A stretch of 64,000 bases of DNA from the NCBI GenBank assembly GCA_963767925.1, contig CAVYGB010000002.1, positions 1,440,001-1,504,000 of the forward strand. The letters are read 5' to 3'. The notes beneath the pieces were generated by a model that saw only the letters and a list, made by a program, of their open reading frames with translations, was not told where the DNA came from and searched no databases. Shown here in pieces: positions 20,208-30,476 of this stretch (its first letter is position 1; the number at the start of each line of letters is the position of its first letter). This stretch comes from an uncultured delta proteobacterium (lineage in GTDB: Bacteria > Myxococcota_A > Polyangia > Fen-1088). A program made the translations under genes and the position numbers.

Positions 20208-23200
20208 ATGGCAGCAGGATCGGGCTTCTCACTCGGTGACGCGTCCTCGGCAGAGCTCCTCAACCACATCACCGACTACTCCATCGTTCGCCTCGATCCG
20301 AGCGGGAAGGTCGTGGCGGGCAACGAAGGCGCCGCCATCATGTACGGCTACCGGGACGGGGAGCTCCGGGGGCGGCACTTCTCCGCCTTCTTCGCCCCGG
20401 AGCCCGGGGTCAGCGCCGACCCCCAGATGGCCCTCAACATCGCCTCGGCCGAGGGCCGCCACGAGGTCGAGGGCTGGCAGGTCCGCAAGGACGGCTCACC
20501 CCTCTGGACGAACTGTGTCACGACCGCCCTGCGCGATCGCGACGGCAACCTGACCGGCTTTGCCTCCATCACGCGCGACTTTACCCGCCGCAAGTGGACC
20601 GAGGAGCGGTTCCGGCTGGCGGTGGAATCGGCGCCCAACGCCCTGGTCATGGTCAACGACCGGGGGCGCATCGTGCTCGTCAACTTCCAGACCGAGCGAC
20701 TCTTCGGCTACCGCCGGGAGGAGCTGCTCGACCGCACCATCGAGATCCTGGTGCCCGAGCGCTTCCGCGGCGTTCACCCCGGTCACCGGGGCGGGTTCTT
20801 CTCCGAGCCCCGCTCCCGCTCGATGGGGGCCGGACGGGACCTGTACGGGCTGCGCAAGGACGGCCAGGAGTTCCCGGTCGAGATCGGGCTCAACCCGATC
20901 TCGACCGACGAGGGCTCGTTCGTGCTGGCGGCCATCGTCGACATCACCGAGCGCAAGCGGGCCGAGGAGCGCTTCCGGTTGGTTGTCGAATCGGCCCCCA
21001 GCGCCATGGTCATGATCAGCGACGAAGGGAAGATCCTCCTGGTCAACGCCCAGACCGAGAAGCTGTTCGGCTACGACCGGCACGAGCTGATCAGCGCGTC
21101 CATCGAGGTCCTCGTGCCCGAGCGCTTCCGGGGCAAGCACCCCATGTTCCGGGTCGACTTCTTCGCCGATCCCAAGGCCCGCTCCATGGGCGCCGGGCGC
21201 GACCTGTTCGGCCTGCGCAAGGACGGCTCCGAGGTCCCGGTCGAGATCGGCCTCAACCCCATCAAGACGGGGGAGGGCACCTTCGTGCTGGCGGCCATCG
21301 TCGACATCACCGAGCGCAAGCGGGCCGAGGAACGCTTCCGGCTGGTCGTCGAATCGGCCCCCAGCGCCATGGTCATGATCAACGAGCGGGGCAAGATCGT
21401 GCTGGTCAACGCCCAGACCGAGAAGCTGTTCGGCTTCAGCCGGAAGGACCTGATCGATCAATCGATCGAGGTGCTGGTGCCCCCCCGTTTTCGCAGCGCG
21501 CACCCCGGCTTCCGCGCCTCGTTCTTCACCGATCCCCGCTCGCGCTCCATGGGGGCGGGCCGGGATCTGTTCGGCCTGCGCAGCGACGGCAGCGAGGTGC
21601 CGGTCGAGATCGGGCTCAACCCCATCAAGACCGCGGAGGGCTCGTTCGTCCTGGCGGCCATCGTCGACATCACCGAACGCAAGCGGGGCGAGGAGCGCTT
21701 CCGGGTCGCCGTCGAGTCGGCCCCCAACCCGATGGTCATGGTCAACGCCGAGGGCAAGATCGTCCTCGTGAACGCCCAGACCGAGAAGCTGTTCGGCTAC
21801 GCGCGCAAGGAGCTCATCGAGCAGCCGATCGAGATGCTGGTCCCCAGCCGTTTCCGGGGCGGCCACCCCGGGCACCGGCTAGGCTTCTTCTCCAACCCGC
21901 AGGCGCGTTCGATGGGCGCAGGGCGCGAGCTGTTCGGCCTGCGCCGCGACGGGACCGAGATGCCCCTCGAGATCGGCCTCAACCCGATCAAGACCGACGA
22001 GGGCTCCTTCGTGCTGGCGGCCATCGTCGACATCACCGAGCGCAAGAAGGCCGAGGAGCGCTTCCGGCTCGTCGTGGAGTCGGCCCCCAGCGCCATGGTC
22101 ATGATCAACGCCGAGGGCAAGATCGTCCTCGTGAACGCCCAGACCGAGAAGCTGTTCGGCTACGGTCGCCGGGAGCTGCTGGATCAGAGCATCGAGATGC
22201 TGGTCCCCCCGCAATTTCGCGGCAAACACCCCAGCTTCCGGGCCGACTTCTTCGGGGATCCCAAGGCCCGCTCCATGGGGGTGGGACGCGACCTGTTCGG
22301 CCTGCGCAAGGACGGCAGCGAGGTCCCGGTCGAGATCGGCCTCAACCCCATCAAGACCGAGGACGGGACCTTCGTGCTGGCGGCCATCGTCGACATCACC
22401 GAGCGCAAGAAGGCCGAGCTCCAGGTGGCCGAGCTCGATCGGGCCAAGACCGCGTTCTTCTCCAACGTGAGCCACGAGTTCCGGACGCCGCTCACCCTGC
22501 TGCTGGGCCCGCTCGAGGACGCCATCCGCCTGGCCGACCCGAACATCTCCCCCGACCAGCGGGAACGGCTGGAGGTCTCCCACCGCAACGCCCTCCGCCT
22601 GCTCAAGCTGGTCAACACCCTGCTCGACTTCTCCCGGATCGAGGCGGGCCGCATCCAGGCCGCCTTCGAGCCGGTGGACCTGGCGGCCTACACCCTGGAG
22701 CTGGCCAGCGTCTTCCGCTCGGCGGTCGAGCGGGCCGGCCTGGGGTTCGAGGTCGACTGCGCCCCGCTGGCCGGGCCGGTGCACATCGATCGGGAGATGT
22801 GGGAGAAGATCGTCTTCAACCTGGTCGCCAACGCCCTGAAGTTCACCTTCACCGGCACCATCTCGGTGGTCATGCGGCCCCTGGGGGATCATGTCCAGCT
22901 CGAGGTCCGGGACTCGGGCATCGGCATCGCCGCCGACGAGCTTCCCCACCTGTTCGAGCGGTTCTATCGGGTCAAGAACGCGCGCTCGCGCACCCAGGAA
23001 GGGACCGGCATCGGGCTGGCGCTGGTGCAGGAGCTGGTGCGCCTTCACGGGGGCAGCATCGCCGTCTGCAGCGAGCCCGATCGCGGGAGCAGCTTCACGG
23101 TCCGCCTGGCCATGGGGACGGCCCACCTGCCCAAGGAGCGAATCGGGGCCGCCCGAACCCTTGTCTCGACCGGCCTGGGCGCGGCGCCCTACGTGGAAGA

Positions 23201-24416
23201 GGCCCTGCAATGGTTCCCGGCCAGGCCGCTCGAGGGGACGGGCAACGGCCCCCGCCCGCCAGCCTCCCAGGCGAACTACCGCATCCTGCTGGCCGACGAC
23301 AACCAGGACATGCGGGTGTATCTCGAGCGGCTCCTCGCCGAGCACTGGACGGTGGAGGCGGTGGCCGATGGCGCCCAGGCGCTCGAGGCGGTGCGCGCCC
23401 GCCGGCCCGACCTGGTGCTGTCCGACGTCATCATGCCCAACCTCGACGGCTTCGGCCTGCTGCGGGAGATGCGCGCCGATCCGGCGCTCAAGGGGGTGCC
23501 GATCATCCTGCTGTCGGCGCGGGCCGGAGAAGAGGCCCGGGTCGAGGGGCTCGAGGCGGGGGCGGACGACTACCTCATCAAGCCGTTCTCCGCGCGCGAG
23601 CTGATCGCCCGGGTCAAGAGCAACCTCGAGCTGGCCTCCCTGCGGCGGCAGGTCGAGGAGGAGGTCCGCGGGCGCAACGCGCTGCTGGAGGTCCGGGTGC
23701 GGGAGCGCACCGTGCAGCTCGAAGAATCGGTGAAGGAGCTGCAGACCTTCGCCTACACGGTGTCGCACGATCTGCGCGCCCCGATCCGCGGGATGTACCG
23801 CTACGCCGAGACCCTGCTCGCGCGCTACTCGGGTCAGGTGTTCGACGCCGAGGCCCAGGGCTTCGTCGGGAACATCGCCGCCTCGGCCGAACGCATGGAT
23901 CTCCTGGTGCAGGACCTCCTCCAGTACAGCCGGTTGACCCACGCGGAGATGAAGCTGCTGGAGATCCCGCTGGCGCCGGTCGTGTCGGAGGTGCTCGACG
24001 CGATGGAGAGCGAGATCAAGGAACGGAAGGGGTGCATCGTGGTGGGGCCGGACCTGCCGGGCGTGGTGGGTGACCCGTTCATGCTGGCGCAGGCCCTGAC
24101 CAACCTGGTGTCCAACGGGCTGAAGTTCGTCGCCGCCGGGGTCGAGCCCCAGGTGCGCATCCGCGCCGAGACCAAGGATCGCCGCGTCCGCCTCTGGGTC
24201 GAGGACAACGGCATCGGAGTCGAGCCGGAGCTCCAGCCGAAGTTGTTCCAGGTGTTCGAGCGGCTGGTCAAGCCGGACGACTACCCCGGCACAGGCATCG
24301 GCCTGGCCATCGTGCGCAAGGCCGTCGAGCGCATGGGTGGGCTGGTCGGGATGGAGTCGGAGCGGGGCGCGGGCAGCCGCTTCTGGATCGAGCTGCCCGG
24401 CGGGGGACCGTCGTGA
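20208..24416 (+). CDS. Multi-PAS hybrid histidine kinase: PAS, 5 x PAS, HisKA/HATPase, REC, second HisKA/HATPase
   Basis: H-boxes 'SHEFRTPLT' and 'SHDLRAPIR'; REC 'LADDN ... SDVIMP ... YLIKP'. Confidence 0.95.
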   Translation: MAAGSGFSLGDASSAELLNHITDYSIVRLDPSGKVVAGNEGAAIMYGYRDGELRGRHFSAFFAPEPGVSADPQMALNIASAEGRHEVEGWQVRKDGSPLWTNCVTTALRDRDGNLTGFASITRDFTRRKWTEERFRLAVESAPNALVMVNDRGRIVLVNFQTERLFGYRREELLDRTIEILVPERFRGVHPGHRGGFFSEPRSRSMGAGRDLYGLRKDGQEFPVEIGLNPISTDEGSFVLAAIVDITERKRAEERFRLVVESAPSAMVMISDEGKILLVNAQTEKLFGYDRHELISASIEVLVPERFRGKHPMFRVDFFADPKARSMGAGRDLFGLRKDGSEVPVEIGLNPIKTGEGTFVLAAIVDITERKRAEERFRLVVESAPSAMVMINERGKIVLVNAQTEKLFGFSRKDLIDQSIEVLVPPRFRSAHPGFRASFFTDPRSRSMGAGRDLFGLRSDGSEVPVEIGLNPIKTAEGSFVLAAIVDITERKRGEERFRVAVESAPNPMVMVNAEGKIVLVNAQTEKLFGYARKELIEQPIEMLVPSRFRGGHPGHRLGFFSNPQARSMGAGRELFGLRRDGTEMPLEIGLNPIKTDEGSFVLAAIVDITERKKAEERFRLVVESAPSAMVMINAEGKIVLVNAQTEKLFGYGRRELLDQSIEMLVPPQFRGKHPSFRADFFGDPKARSMGVGRDLFGLRKDGSEVPVEIGLNPIKTEDGTFVLAAIVDITERKKAELQVAELDRAKTAFFSNVSHEFRTPLTLLLGPLEDAIRLADPNISPDQRERLEVSHRNALRLLKLVNTLLDFSRIEAGRIQAAFEPVDLAAYTLELASVFRSAVERAGLGFEVDCAPLAGPVHIDREMWEKIVFNLVANALKFTFTGTISVVMRPLGDHVQLEVRDSGIGIAADELPHLFERFYRVKNARSRTQEGTGIGLALVQELVRLHGGSIAVCSEPDRGSSFTVRLAMGTAHLPKERIGAARTLVSTGLGAAPYVEEALQWFPARPLEGTGNGPRPPASQANYRILLADDNQDMRVYLERLLAEHWTVEAVADGAQALEAVRARRPDLVLSDVIMPNLDGFGLLREMRADPALKGVPIILLSARAGEEARVEGLEAGADDYLIKPFSARELIARVKSNLELASLRRQVEEEVRGRNALLEVRVRERTVQLEESVKELQTFAYTVSHDLRAPIRGMYRYAETLLARYSGQVFDAEAQGFVGNIAASAERMDLLVQDLLQYSRLTHAEMKLLEIPLAPVVSEVLDAMESEIKERKGCIVVGPDLPGVVGDPFMLAQALTNLVSNGLKFVAAGVEPQVRIRAETKDRRVRLWVEDNGIGVEPELQPKLFQVFERLVKPDDYPGTGIGLAIVRKAVERMGGLVGMESERGAGSRFWIELPGGGPS
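20601..22415 (+). repeat. Five tandem 363-nt (121-aa) PAS-PAC units
   Basis: Units start at 20601, 20964, 21327, 21690 and 22053 with 'EERFR..VESAP'. Confidence 0.95.
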
Positions 24417-24856
24417 CGGCGGCGGCCCGTTCCCGCTGTCTGCTGCTGGTGGAGGACAACCACGACGACGTGGTCTTCATGGAGCAGGCCTTTCGCGACG
24501 CCGGGCTGGCCTGTCCTTACCGCGTCCTGTCCGACGGGCTGGAGGTCCTGGACTACCTGGAAGGTCGCTCGGACTACGCCGATCGCACCCGCTTCCCCCT
24601 GCCCAGCCACTTGCTCCTGGATCTCAAGCTCCCCCGAAAGTCGGGGGGCGAGATCCTCGCCTGGATCCGGAGCCACCCCGAGCTGAAGGATCTGGCGGTG
24701 ATCGTGCTCAGCTCGTCGAAGGAGGCCAACGACGTCGCCCGCGTCCGCGAGCTGGGCATCGACCATTACCTGGTCAAGCCGGTCAGCTACCGCCATCTGC
24801 TGGGCATGGTCAGGGAGGTCGTCGAGATCTGGAAGCTGGGACCGACGACCGGCTGA
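24413..24856 (+). CDS. Single-domain response regulator (Rcp1-like)
   Basis: GTGA overlap; 'LLVEDNHDD', 'LLLDLKLPRKSG', 'YLVKP'. Confidence 0.92.
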   Translation: MTAAARSRCLLLVEDNHDDVVFMEQAFRDAGLACPYRVLSDGLEVLDYLEGRSDYADRTRFPLPSHLLLDLKLPRKSGGEILAWIRSHPELKDLAVIVLSSSKEANDVARVRELGIDHYLVKPVSYRHLLGMVREVVEIWKLGPTTG

Positions 24857-24927
24857 GCGGCGGCCGAGCTGTCGGGCGACGGGGCCTCGCCGATCGCGTT
24901 GGCCCCGCCGCCCCCAGCGTGCAGCCG

Positions 24928-25172
24928 TTACTTGTCGTGATGTTTGCCGGGCATCAGCCTGGCATGCCCGCTGGCCAGCTCGTCGCGCGTGAGGGCCCCG
25001 TCCTTGTCGGTGTCCATCTTCCCGAACATCTCCCGGGCGCCGTTGGCGTGCTCCTCGGCGCTCAGGGCCCCGTCGCCATCGGTGTCGACGGCCTTGATCT
25101 TCTCGCTCACCGCCATGGTCCACTGCTGGGCTTCTCCGCCTTCTCCTCGCTGTCCACCTTGCCGTCTTTGCC
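24928..25172 (-). pseudogene. Truncated or frameshifted EF-hand protein
   Basis: Two EF-hands (DTDGDGALSAEE, DTDKDGALTRDE) in 24928-25116; a further partial loop 'KDGKVDSEE' lies upstream in another frame; no signal peptide. Confidence 0.55.
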
Positions 25173-25293
25173 CGCGGAAACGTTTCTACCCGAATAATTT
25201 GCGCTCAGGAGCCCCCCCGGGCTCCGGGGCGGCCCGCGGCGCCGGTGCCAGGAGCCGGCGTTCGCGTTAACATCTCGGCCCCAGGACACCGCG

Positions 25294-25749
25294 ATGGCCC
25301 TCATCACGTCGTTTCTGGATCCCGGGGAGATCTGCGAAGGCAACCTGCGCCTGCTGGTCAAAGATCGGGTATCGGGGAGCTCGGACCAGGCCTGGGTCCC
25401 GATGTACCGCTTCGACATCACGGTCGACGGCGAGCGGGTGGGGGGCATCGACTTCCGGCTCGGCTCGAGCGACTTCATCGTCCGCTTCGCCGGCCAGGTC
25501 GGCTACGGCATCGAGGAGCGGCACCGCGGCCACCGCTACGCCGCGCGGTCGCTGCGCCTGCTGGCCCCCCTGGCCCGGGCCCACGGCATGGTCCCGCTGT
25601 GGATCACCTGCAACCCCGACAACCTGGCCTCGCGCCGCACCTGCGAGCTGGCCGGCGCCGAGCTGGTGGAGATCGTCGACCTCCCCGTCGATTGCGACAT
25701 GTACGCCAAGGGCGACCGCCAGAAGTGTCGCTACCGCCTCGCCGTCTGA
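25294..25749 (+). CDS. GNAT family N-acetyltransferase
   Basis: 'GQVGYGIEERHRGHRYA', 'ITCNPDNLASRRTCELAG'. Confidence 0.9.
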   Translation: MALITSFLDPGEICEGNLRLLVKDRVSGSSDQAWVPMYRFDITVDGERVGGIDFRLGSSDFIVRFAGQVGYGIEERHRGHRYAARSLRLLAPLARAHGMVPLWITCNPDNLASRRTCELAGAELVEIVDLPVDCDMYAKGDRQKCRYRLAV

Positions 25750-25756
25750 GCGCGCT

Positions 25757-26797
25757 TCACCCGGCCAGCTCGGACAGCTTCACCGGGCGGCCCTCGCGGG
25801 CCGAGCGGTCGGCGGCGAACACAACCCGGTGGGTCTCCAGGGCCGAGCGCAGGTCGGTCAGCGGCATCTCCCGGTTCGCGGCGATGGCGTCGACGAAGGC
25901 CTGGAACTGCGGCTGGTAGGGGTGATCGCCCACCGCGCCCGAGTCGACCAGCGCCGTCTCGAGCGTGGTCCAGCGGCGCTTGTCCAGCCCGGGCAGCTTC
26001 TGCGAGTAGAGGCGGTTGTCGAGCAGGCTGCCCTCGCTGCCCACCAGGTGGGTGTGAAAGTAATACGGCTGCAGGCAGTCGATCACCGAGGCCACCTTGC
26101 CGAGCTGTCCACCGGCGAACTTCAGCAAGGTCGTCGTCGTGGTCGGATACTGGTAAGGCTCGAAGATCGGCGAGGCGGAGCGGGTGGCGTAGCTCGTCAC
26201 CTCGACCACCGGCTGGTTCATCACCTCCAGCAACACGTCGAGGGCGTGGCACCCCGCCGTGAGCAGCGAGCTGCCGCCCCAGTCCTCCTTCACGTTCCAG
26301 TCGAACTGCCCGTACCAGGGGCCGATGCCGTGGTAATAGTCGACCTCGGCGTAGTGGAGCTGCCCCAGCAGCCCCTGGGCCAGCACCGAGCGCACGAGGG
26401 TGAACTGGGCGCTGAAGCGCAGCTCGAAGCAGACGCAGGCCCGCACCCGCGCCTGCTCGACGGCGTCCCGCACGTCGCGGGCGTCCTCCCAGCTCAGGGC
26501 GATCGGCTTTTCCAGCAGGAGGTGTTTGCCCGCCCGGGCCGCTGCCACCGCCTGGGCGGCGTGCAGCGGGTGGGGCGTGCAGATGTCGATGACGTCCACC
26601 TCCCGGTCGGCGAGCAGGTCCTCGTAGCGCTGGTACACCCGCAGCGGCTGCCCGTATTGCCGGGCCAGCGCCTCCGGATCCAGCGGCCGCCGCGAGCAGA
26701 CCGCCGTCACGCGGGCTCCCTTGACCACCTTGAACGCATCGATGTGGGCCCCCGCCACCGACCCCAGCCCCACCAGGCCGATCCGGAGCTCGCTCAT
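25757..26797 (-). CDS. Gfo/Idh/MocA family oxidoreductase
   Basis: 'GLVGLGSVA', 'ICTPHPLH', 'GKHLLLEKP', 'GCHALD'. Confidence 0.93.
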   Translation of the reverse strand: MSELRIGLVGLGSVAGAHIDAFKVVKGARVTAVCSRRPLDPEALARQYGQPLRVYQRYEDLLADREVDVIDICTPHPLHAAQAVAAARAGKHLLLEKPIALSWEDARDVRDAVEQARVRACVCFELRFSAQFTLVRSVLAQGLLGQLHYAEVDYYHGIGPWYGQFDWNVKEDWGGSSLLTAGCHALDVLLEVMNQPVVEVTSYATRSASPIFEPYQYPTTTTTLLKFAGGQLGKVASVIDCLQPYYFHTHLVGSEGSLLDNRLYSQKLPGLDKRRWTTLETALVDSGAVGDHPYQPQFQAFVDAIAANREMPLTDLRSALETHRVVFAADRSAREGRPVKLSELAG

Positions 26798-26914
26798 GAA
26801 ACTGCCTCCGCGCCACTCCTACCACGGCGCGGAGGCGCCCGGTTCAGCGGCCGGCGAGCTCGGCCGGGAAACCGTTGCAGAACTTGCCGAGCTCCCTCGC
26901 CGCGCTCGGTCCGG

Positions 26915-28087
26915 CTAGTTTTTCAGGACCACCTTTTCGCAGTTGTCCTCCTTCTCGAGGAACATCTGGTACCCCTTGGCGGCGTCCTGCAGCGGCATCC
27001 GGTGGGTGACGACGAAGCTCGGATCGATCTCGCCCTTGACGATCCGCTCGAGCAGAGGCTTGTGGTAGCGCTGCACGTGGCACTGCCCGGCCCGGATGGT
27101 GAGCCCGCGGTTGACCACCGACCCCATCGGGAACTTGTCGATGAAGCCCCCGTAGACGCCGACCACCGACACGATGCCCCCGTTGCGACACGCCCGGATG
27201 GCCTGGCGCAGGGCGGTCGGGCGATCCGACTGCAGCATGAGCGCCTGCTTGGTCCGGTCGTAAGCGTAGATCCCCGCCGGACCGTGCGCCTCCGCGCCCA
27301 CCGCATCGATGCAGGCGTCCGGTCCACGCCCGCCGGTCAGCTCCTTCAGCGCCTCCGGCACGTCGACCTCCTCGTAGTTGAGGACGTCGGTGGCGCCCGC
27401 CTTGTGCCGGGCCATCTCCAGCCGGTAGCCGAAGCGATCGATGGCGATCACCCGCTCGGCGCCCAGCAGCTTCGCGCTGGCGATCGCGAACTGCCCGACC
27501 GGGCCCGCCCCCCACACCGCCACGACCTGCCCCGGCTTGATGTCGCACATCTCTGCCCCCATGTAGCCGGTGGGGAAGATGTCCGAGAGGAACAGCACCT
27601 GCTCGTCGCTCAGCTCGGCCGGCACCTTGAGGGGCCCCACGTCGGCGAAGGGGACCCGGGCGTACTCCGCCTGGCCCCCGGCGAACCCGCCCAGCATGTG
27701 CGAGTAGCCGAACAGCCCGGCCGGCGAATGCCCGAAAGCCTTCTCCGCCATCCAGGCGTTGGGGTTCGAGTTCTCGCACAGGGCGAAGAGGCCGTCGCGG
27801 CACGCCTGGCAGACCCCGCAGGAGATGGGGAAGGGGACCACCACCCGATCGCCGGTGCGCAGGTTCTTCACCCCCCGCCCCACCTCGACCACCTCGCCCA
27901 TGAACTCGTGGCCGAGGATGTCGCCCTTCTCCATCGACGGCACCAGGCCGTTGTAAAGGTGCAGGTCCGATCCGCAGATCGCCGTCGCGGTGATGCGGAC
28001 GATGGCGTCACCGGAGTTGAGGATCTTCGGGTCGGGCACCTCGGTGACCCGGACCTTCTTCTTGCCCATCCAGCAGTTGGCTCGCAT
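26915..28087 (-). CDS. Zinc-dependent alcohol/formaldehyde dehydrogenase (MDR family, YbdR-like)
   Basis: 'ICGSDLH', 'GHEFMG', structural Zn 'CGVCQAC...C', 'GAGPVG'. Confidence 0.95.
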   Translation of the reverse strand: MRANCWMGKKKVRVTEVPDPKILNSGDAIVRITATAICGSDLHLYNGLVPSMEKGDILGHEFMGEVVEVGRGVKNLRTGDRVVVPFPISCGVCQACRDGLFALCENSNPNAWMAEKAFGHSPAGLFGYSHMLGGFAGGQAEYARVPFADVGPLKVPAELSDEQVLFLSDIFPTGYMGAEMCDIKPGQVVAVWGAGPVGQFAIASAKLLGAERVIAIDRFGYRLEMARHKAGATDVLNYEEVDVPEALKELTGGRGPDACIDAVGAEAHGPAGIYAYDRTKQALMLQSDRPTALRQAIRACRNGGIVSVVGVYGGFIDKFPMGSVVNRGLTIRAGQCHVQRYHKPLLERIVKGEIDPSFVVTHRMPLQDAAKGYQMFLEKEDNCEKVVLKN

Positions 28088-28123
28088 GAAAATCTCCTTG
28101 GCCTCTCTGTTGCGCGGACCCGG

Positions 28124-29149
28124 TCACTTCTCGTTGTCGTCGGCCGCCGGACGGGCCGGATGGGGACCCCGGTGGATGCTGGCGTCCGATTCGATCACCT
28201 CGCCCAGCTCCAGCACCTGCTTGAACCGGCGCAGGTCCTGGCTCAGCTTGATCTGTGGCACCGCCTTCAGCAGATTTGCCAGGGCCACGCCGAGCACACC
28301 TCCCGGCGGCTGCACGGTCATCGCCAGCACCACCTCGGTGCCCCGCCCGCCGGGCGCGCGCCGGAAGCGGACCTCACCCTGGTTCGGCAGCTCGGACCCC
28401 GGCCCGGCCCGCCAGGCGATGCGCTCGTTGGGCTGATCGGCGGTGATCTCCCCCTCCCACTGCAGGGACTTGCCCTTCACCGCCTGGGTCTTCCAGCGCG
28501 AGCGCCGGTCGTCGATCACCTCGACCGACTCGATGAAGGTCATGAACCGGGGCAGGTTGCGGAAGTTGCGCCAGAGCCGGTAGGCCTCCTCGGGCGGCCG
28601 GCCCACCGTGATCGCCGCCTTGACCTCCGCCGCGCGCTCCTCGGGCAGCGGGATCCCCTGGCGGTCGGCCCGGGTCAGCGCCCGGCTGGTCAGCACGTCG
28701 AGGATCGCCACGCCGGCCACCGAGGCCATGGCCAGCGGGACGCGGGTCCGGTCCACCTTGCGGGCGCCCAGCGCGTTGCCCAGCAGGAACAGATCGACGG
28801 CGTCGCCCACCACCCGGGTCCAGAGCCATCCGGTGGGGCGCGGCCGGACGAGGAGGCCGATCCCGGAGGTCAGCCCGCGCAGGCCGATCGCCCGCATGGT
28901 CAGGCTGCGGCGCCGGTTGCTTCCCAGACCGATCAGCCGCCCCACCTGGCGGGGGGCGATGAGCTGGCCCAGCCCCAGACCGACGCTGAGCCAGCCGAGG
29001 GCCCGCGCGCCGCGGTTGGCCCGGCCGAGCGTCGTGAGGCTGAGCGCGCGGCCGTTCGTCGCGGCCAGCGCGGACGATTTGCCCGTGCGCGACCAGCTCC
29101 GGTACGCGCTGTTCTTCGTGGTCTCCGTCTCCCTGTGTGTCTGGTCCAT
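28124..29149 (-). CDS. SRPBCC (polyketide cyclase/dehydrase-like) protein with an N-terminal membrane region
   Basis: 'LGWLSVGLGL', 'WRNFRNLPRFM', 'PGGRGTEV', 'DLRRFKQVLELGE'. Confidence 0.9.
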   Translation of the reverse strand: MDQTHRETETTKNSAYRSWSRTGKSSALAATNGRALSLTTLGRANRGARALGWLSVGLGLGQLIAPRQVGRLIGLGSNRRRSLTMRAIGLRGLTSGIGLLVRPRPTGWLWTRVVGDAVDLFLLGNALGARKVDRTRVPLAMASVAGVAILDVLTSRALTRADRQGIPLPEERAAEVKAAITVGRPPEEAYRLWRNFRNLPRFMTFIESVEVIDDRRSRWKTQAVKGKSLQWEGEITADQPNERIAWRAGPGSELPNQGEVRFRRAPGGRGTEVVLAMTVQPPGGVLGVALANLLKAVPQIKLSQDLRRFKQVLELGEVIESDASIHRGPHPARPAADDNEK

Positions 29150-29479
29150 CTGGCCCCTCCACTCCTTCAGCAGAAATCCCAGGGAGGTTTTCCGGCCCCT
29201 CCCGCGAAAGCTGCGCGCCCGCTCTGGCCGAGCGGGCAAGGCGGCTTCGCGCGTGTGAACCTGGGGCTGCAGCAGCTGAGGTCAACGACCCCCTGCGCGG
29301 GGTGCGCGATCCGAGGCATTCCCCCTACCGCCGCGGCCGCCGGCGCGCCGACGCCACCCGTCGGTCAACCGCCGGGGTGCAGCGCGCCTCGATCCGTGCG
29401 TCCGGTCGCGCGCGATCGGGGTCGGGTTGTCGCGTCAGTGGATTTGACGGGCGCCGCTGCTTAAATTCTCCAGAGGCAC

Positions 29480-30403
29480 ATGGCTCTGGCACCGCCCAGC
29501 GCGCAGGCGCGCGTACGTCTTCTGATCGCGCCGATCCTGCTGGCGGCCGCCTCGTGCAGCTTGCCCGGGCCCGAATATTGGGTCCCGCGCGACGCCGGGG
29601 TCCCACCCGACTCGGCCGGCGTGCAGGGCGAGCAGGTGACCATCGACGGCGTGCCGGTGCCGAAGGAGAAGGTCGTCGTCTTCATCCACATCGGTCATTC
29701 CAACATGGCGGGCCGCACCGACCGCCCGCCCGAGCTGCGGCCGCTGAACTTCGACACCCATCCCCAGCTCTGGTCGGTCACCGACCAGGGCCAGTGGCTG
29801 CCGGCGCGCGAGCCGCTGTCGGGCGATTTTCTGACCCGGGGGCGGGCGGGCCCCGGCATGTCGATCCTGCGCACGGCCCTGGCGATGGCACCCGAGTCGA
29901 TCATCGTCTCCATCGGGCGCGGCCACGACGGCTCGCGCGGGGGCCGCTGCAGCGCCTTTCGCCGGGGGGGGCTGCTCCACGAGACCGTGATGGGCCCGGC
30001 CCGCAAGCTCAAGGGCAAGGTCACCTTCGGGGGCATCCTGAGCATGCTGGTGCTCATGGAGGCCTTCGTCGACAAGACCAAGCTCGCCACCTCGCACGAG
30101 TGTTACGAGGCGCTCGCCGCCGACCTGCGCGCGGAGCTCGGTGACCCCGACATCCCCTTCCTGATGAGCGACTGGGAGATGGGCGCCACCGGCCGGTTCG
30201 ATCCGGACATGCCCGACGCGGTCGTGGCCCGGGAACAGTTGCGGGTCGCGCAAAAAAACATTCCCCGCTCCGCCATCATCCCCACCGACCGGTTGCCGAT
30301 GTCCGACGACCACCACTTCGACCTGGTCGGTTACAAGCTGTGGGCCGAGCGCGCCTTCGGGATCTTGCAGGACGCTGGCTGGGCCCCCTGGGCTACGCGC
30401 TGA
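29480..30403 (+). CDS. SGNH carbohydrate esterase / sialate O-acetylesterase (SASA)-like lipoprotein
   Basis: Lipobox-like 'AASC'; 'GHSNMAG' (family GQSNM); 'DDHHF' DxxH motif. Confidence 0.75.
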   Translation: MALAPPSAQARVRLLIAPILLAAASCSLPGPEYWVPRDAGVPPDSAGVQGEQVTIDGVPVPKEKVVVFIHIGHSNMAGRTDRPPELRPLNFDTHPQLWSVTDQGQWLPAREPLSGDFLTRGRAGPGMSILRTALAMAPESIIVSIGRGHDGSRGGRCSAFRRGGLLHETVMGPARKLKGKVTFGGILSMLVLMEAFVDKTKLATSHECYEALAADLRAELGDPDIPFLMSDWEMGATGRFDPDMPDAVVAREQLRVAQKNIPRSAIIPTDRLPMSDDHHFDLVGYKLWAERAFGILQDAGWAPWATR

Positions 30404-30476
30404 AATTTCCGGGGGCGGGGCCCGATCCCCCGTCGGGTTCTTGCTAGGGTGTGCCCAAGTCGACCAGGAGGCACAC

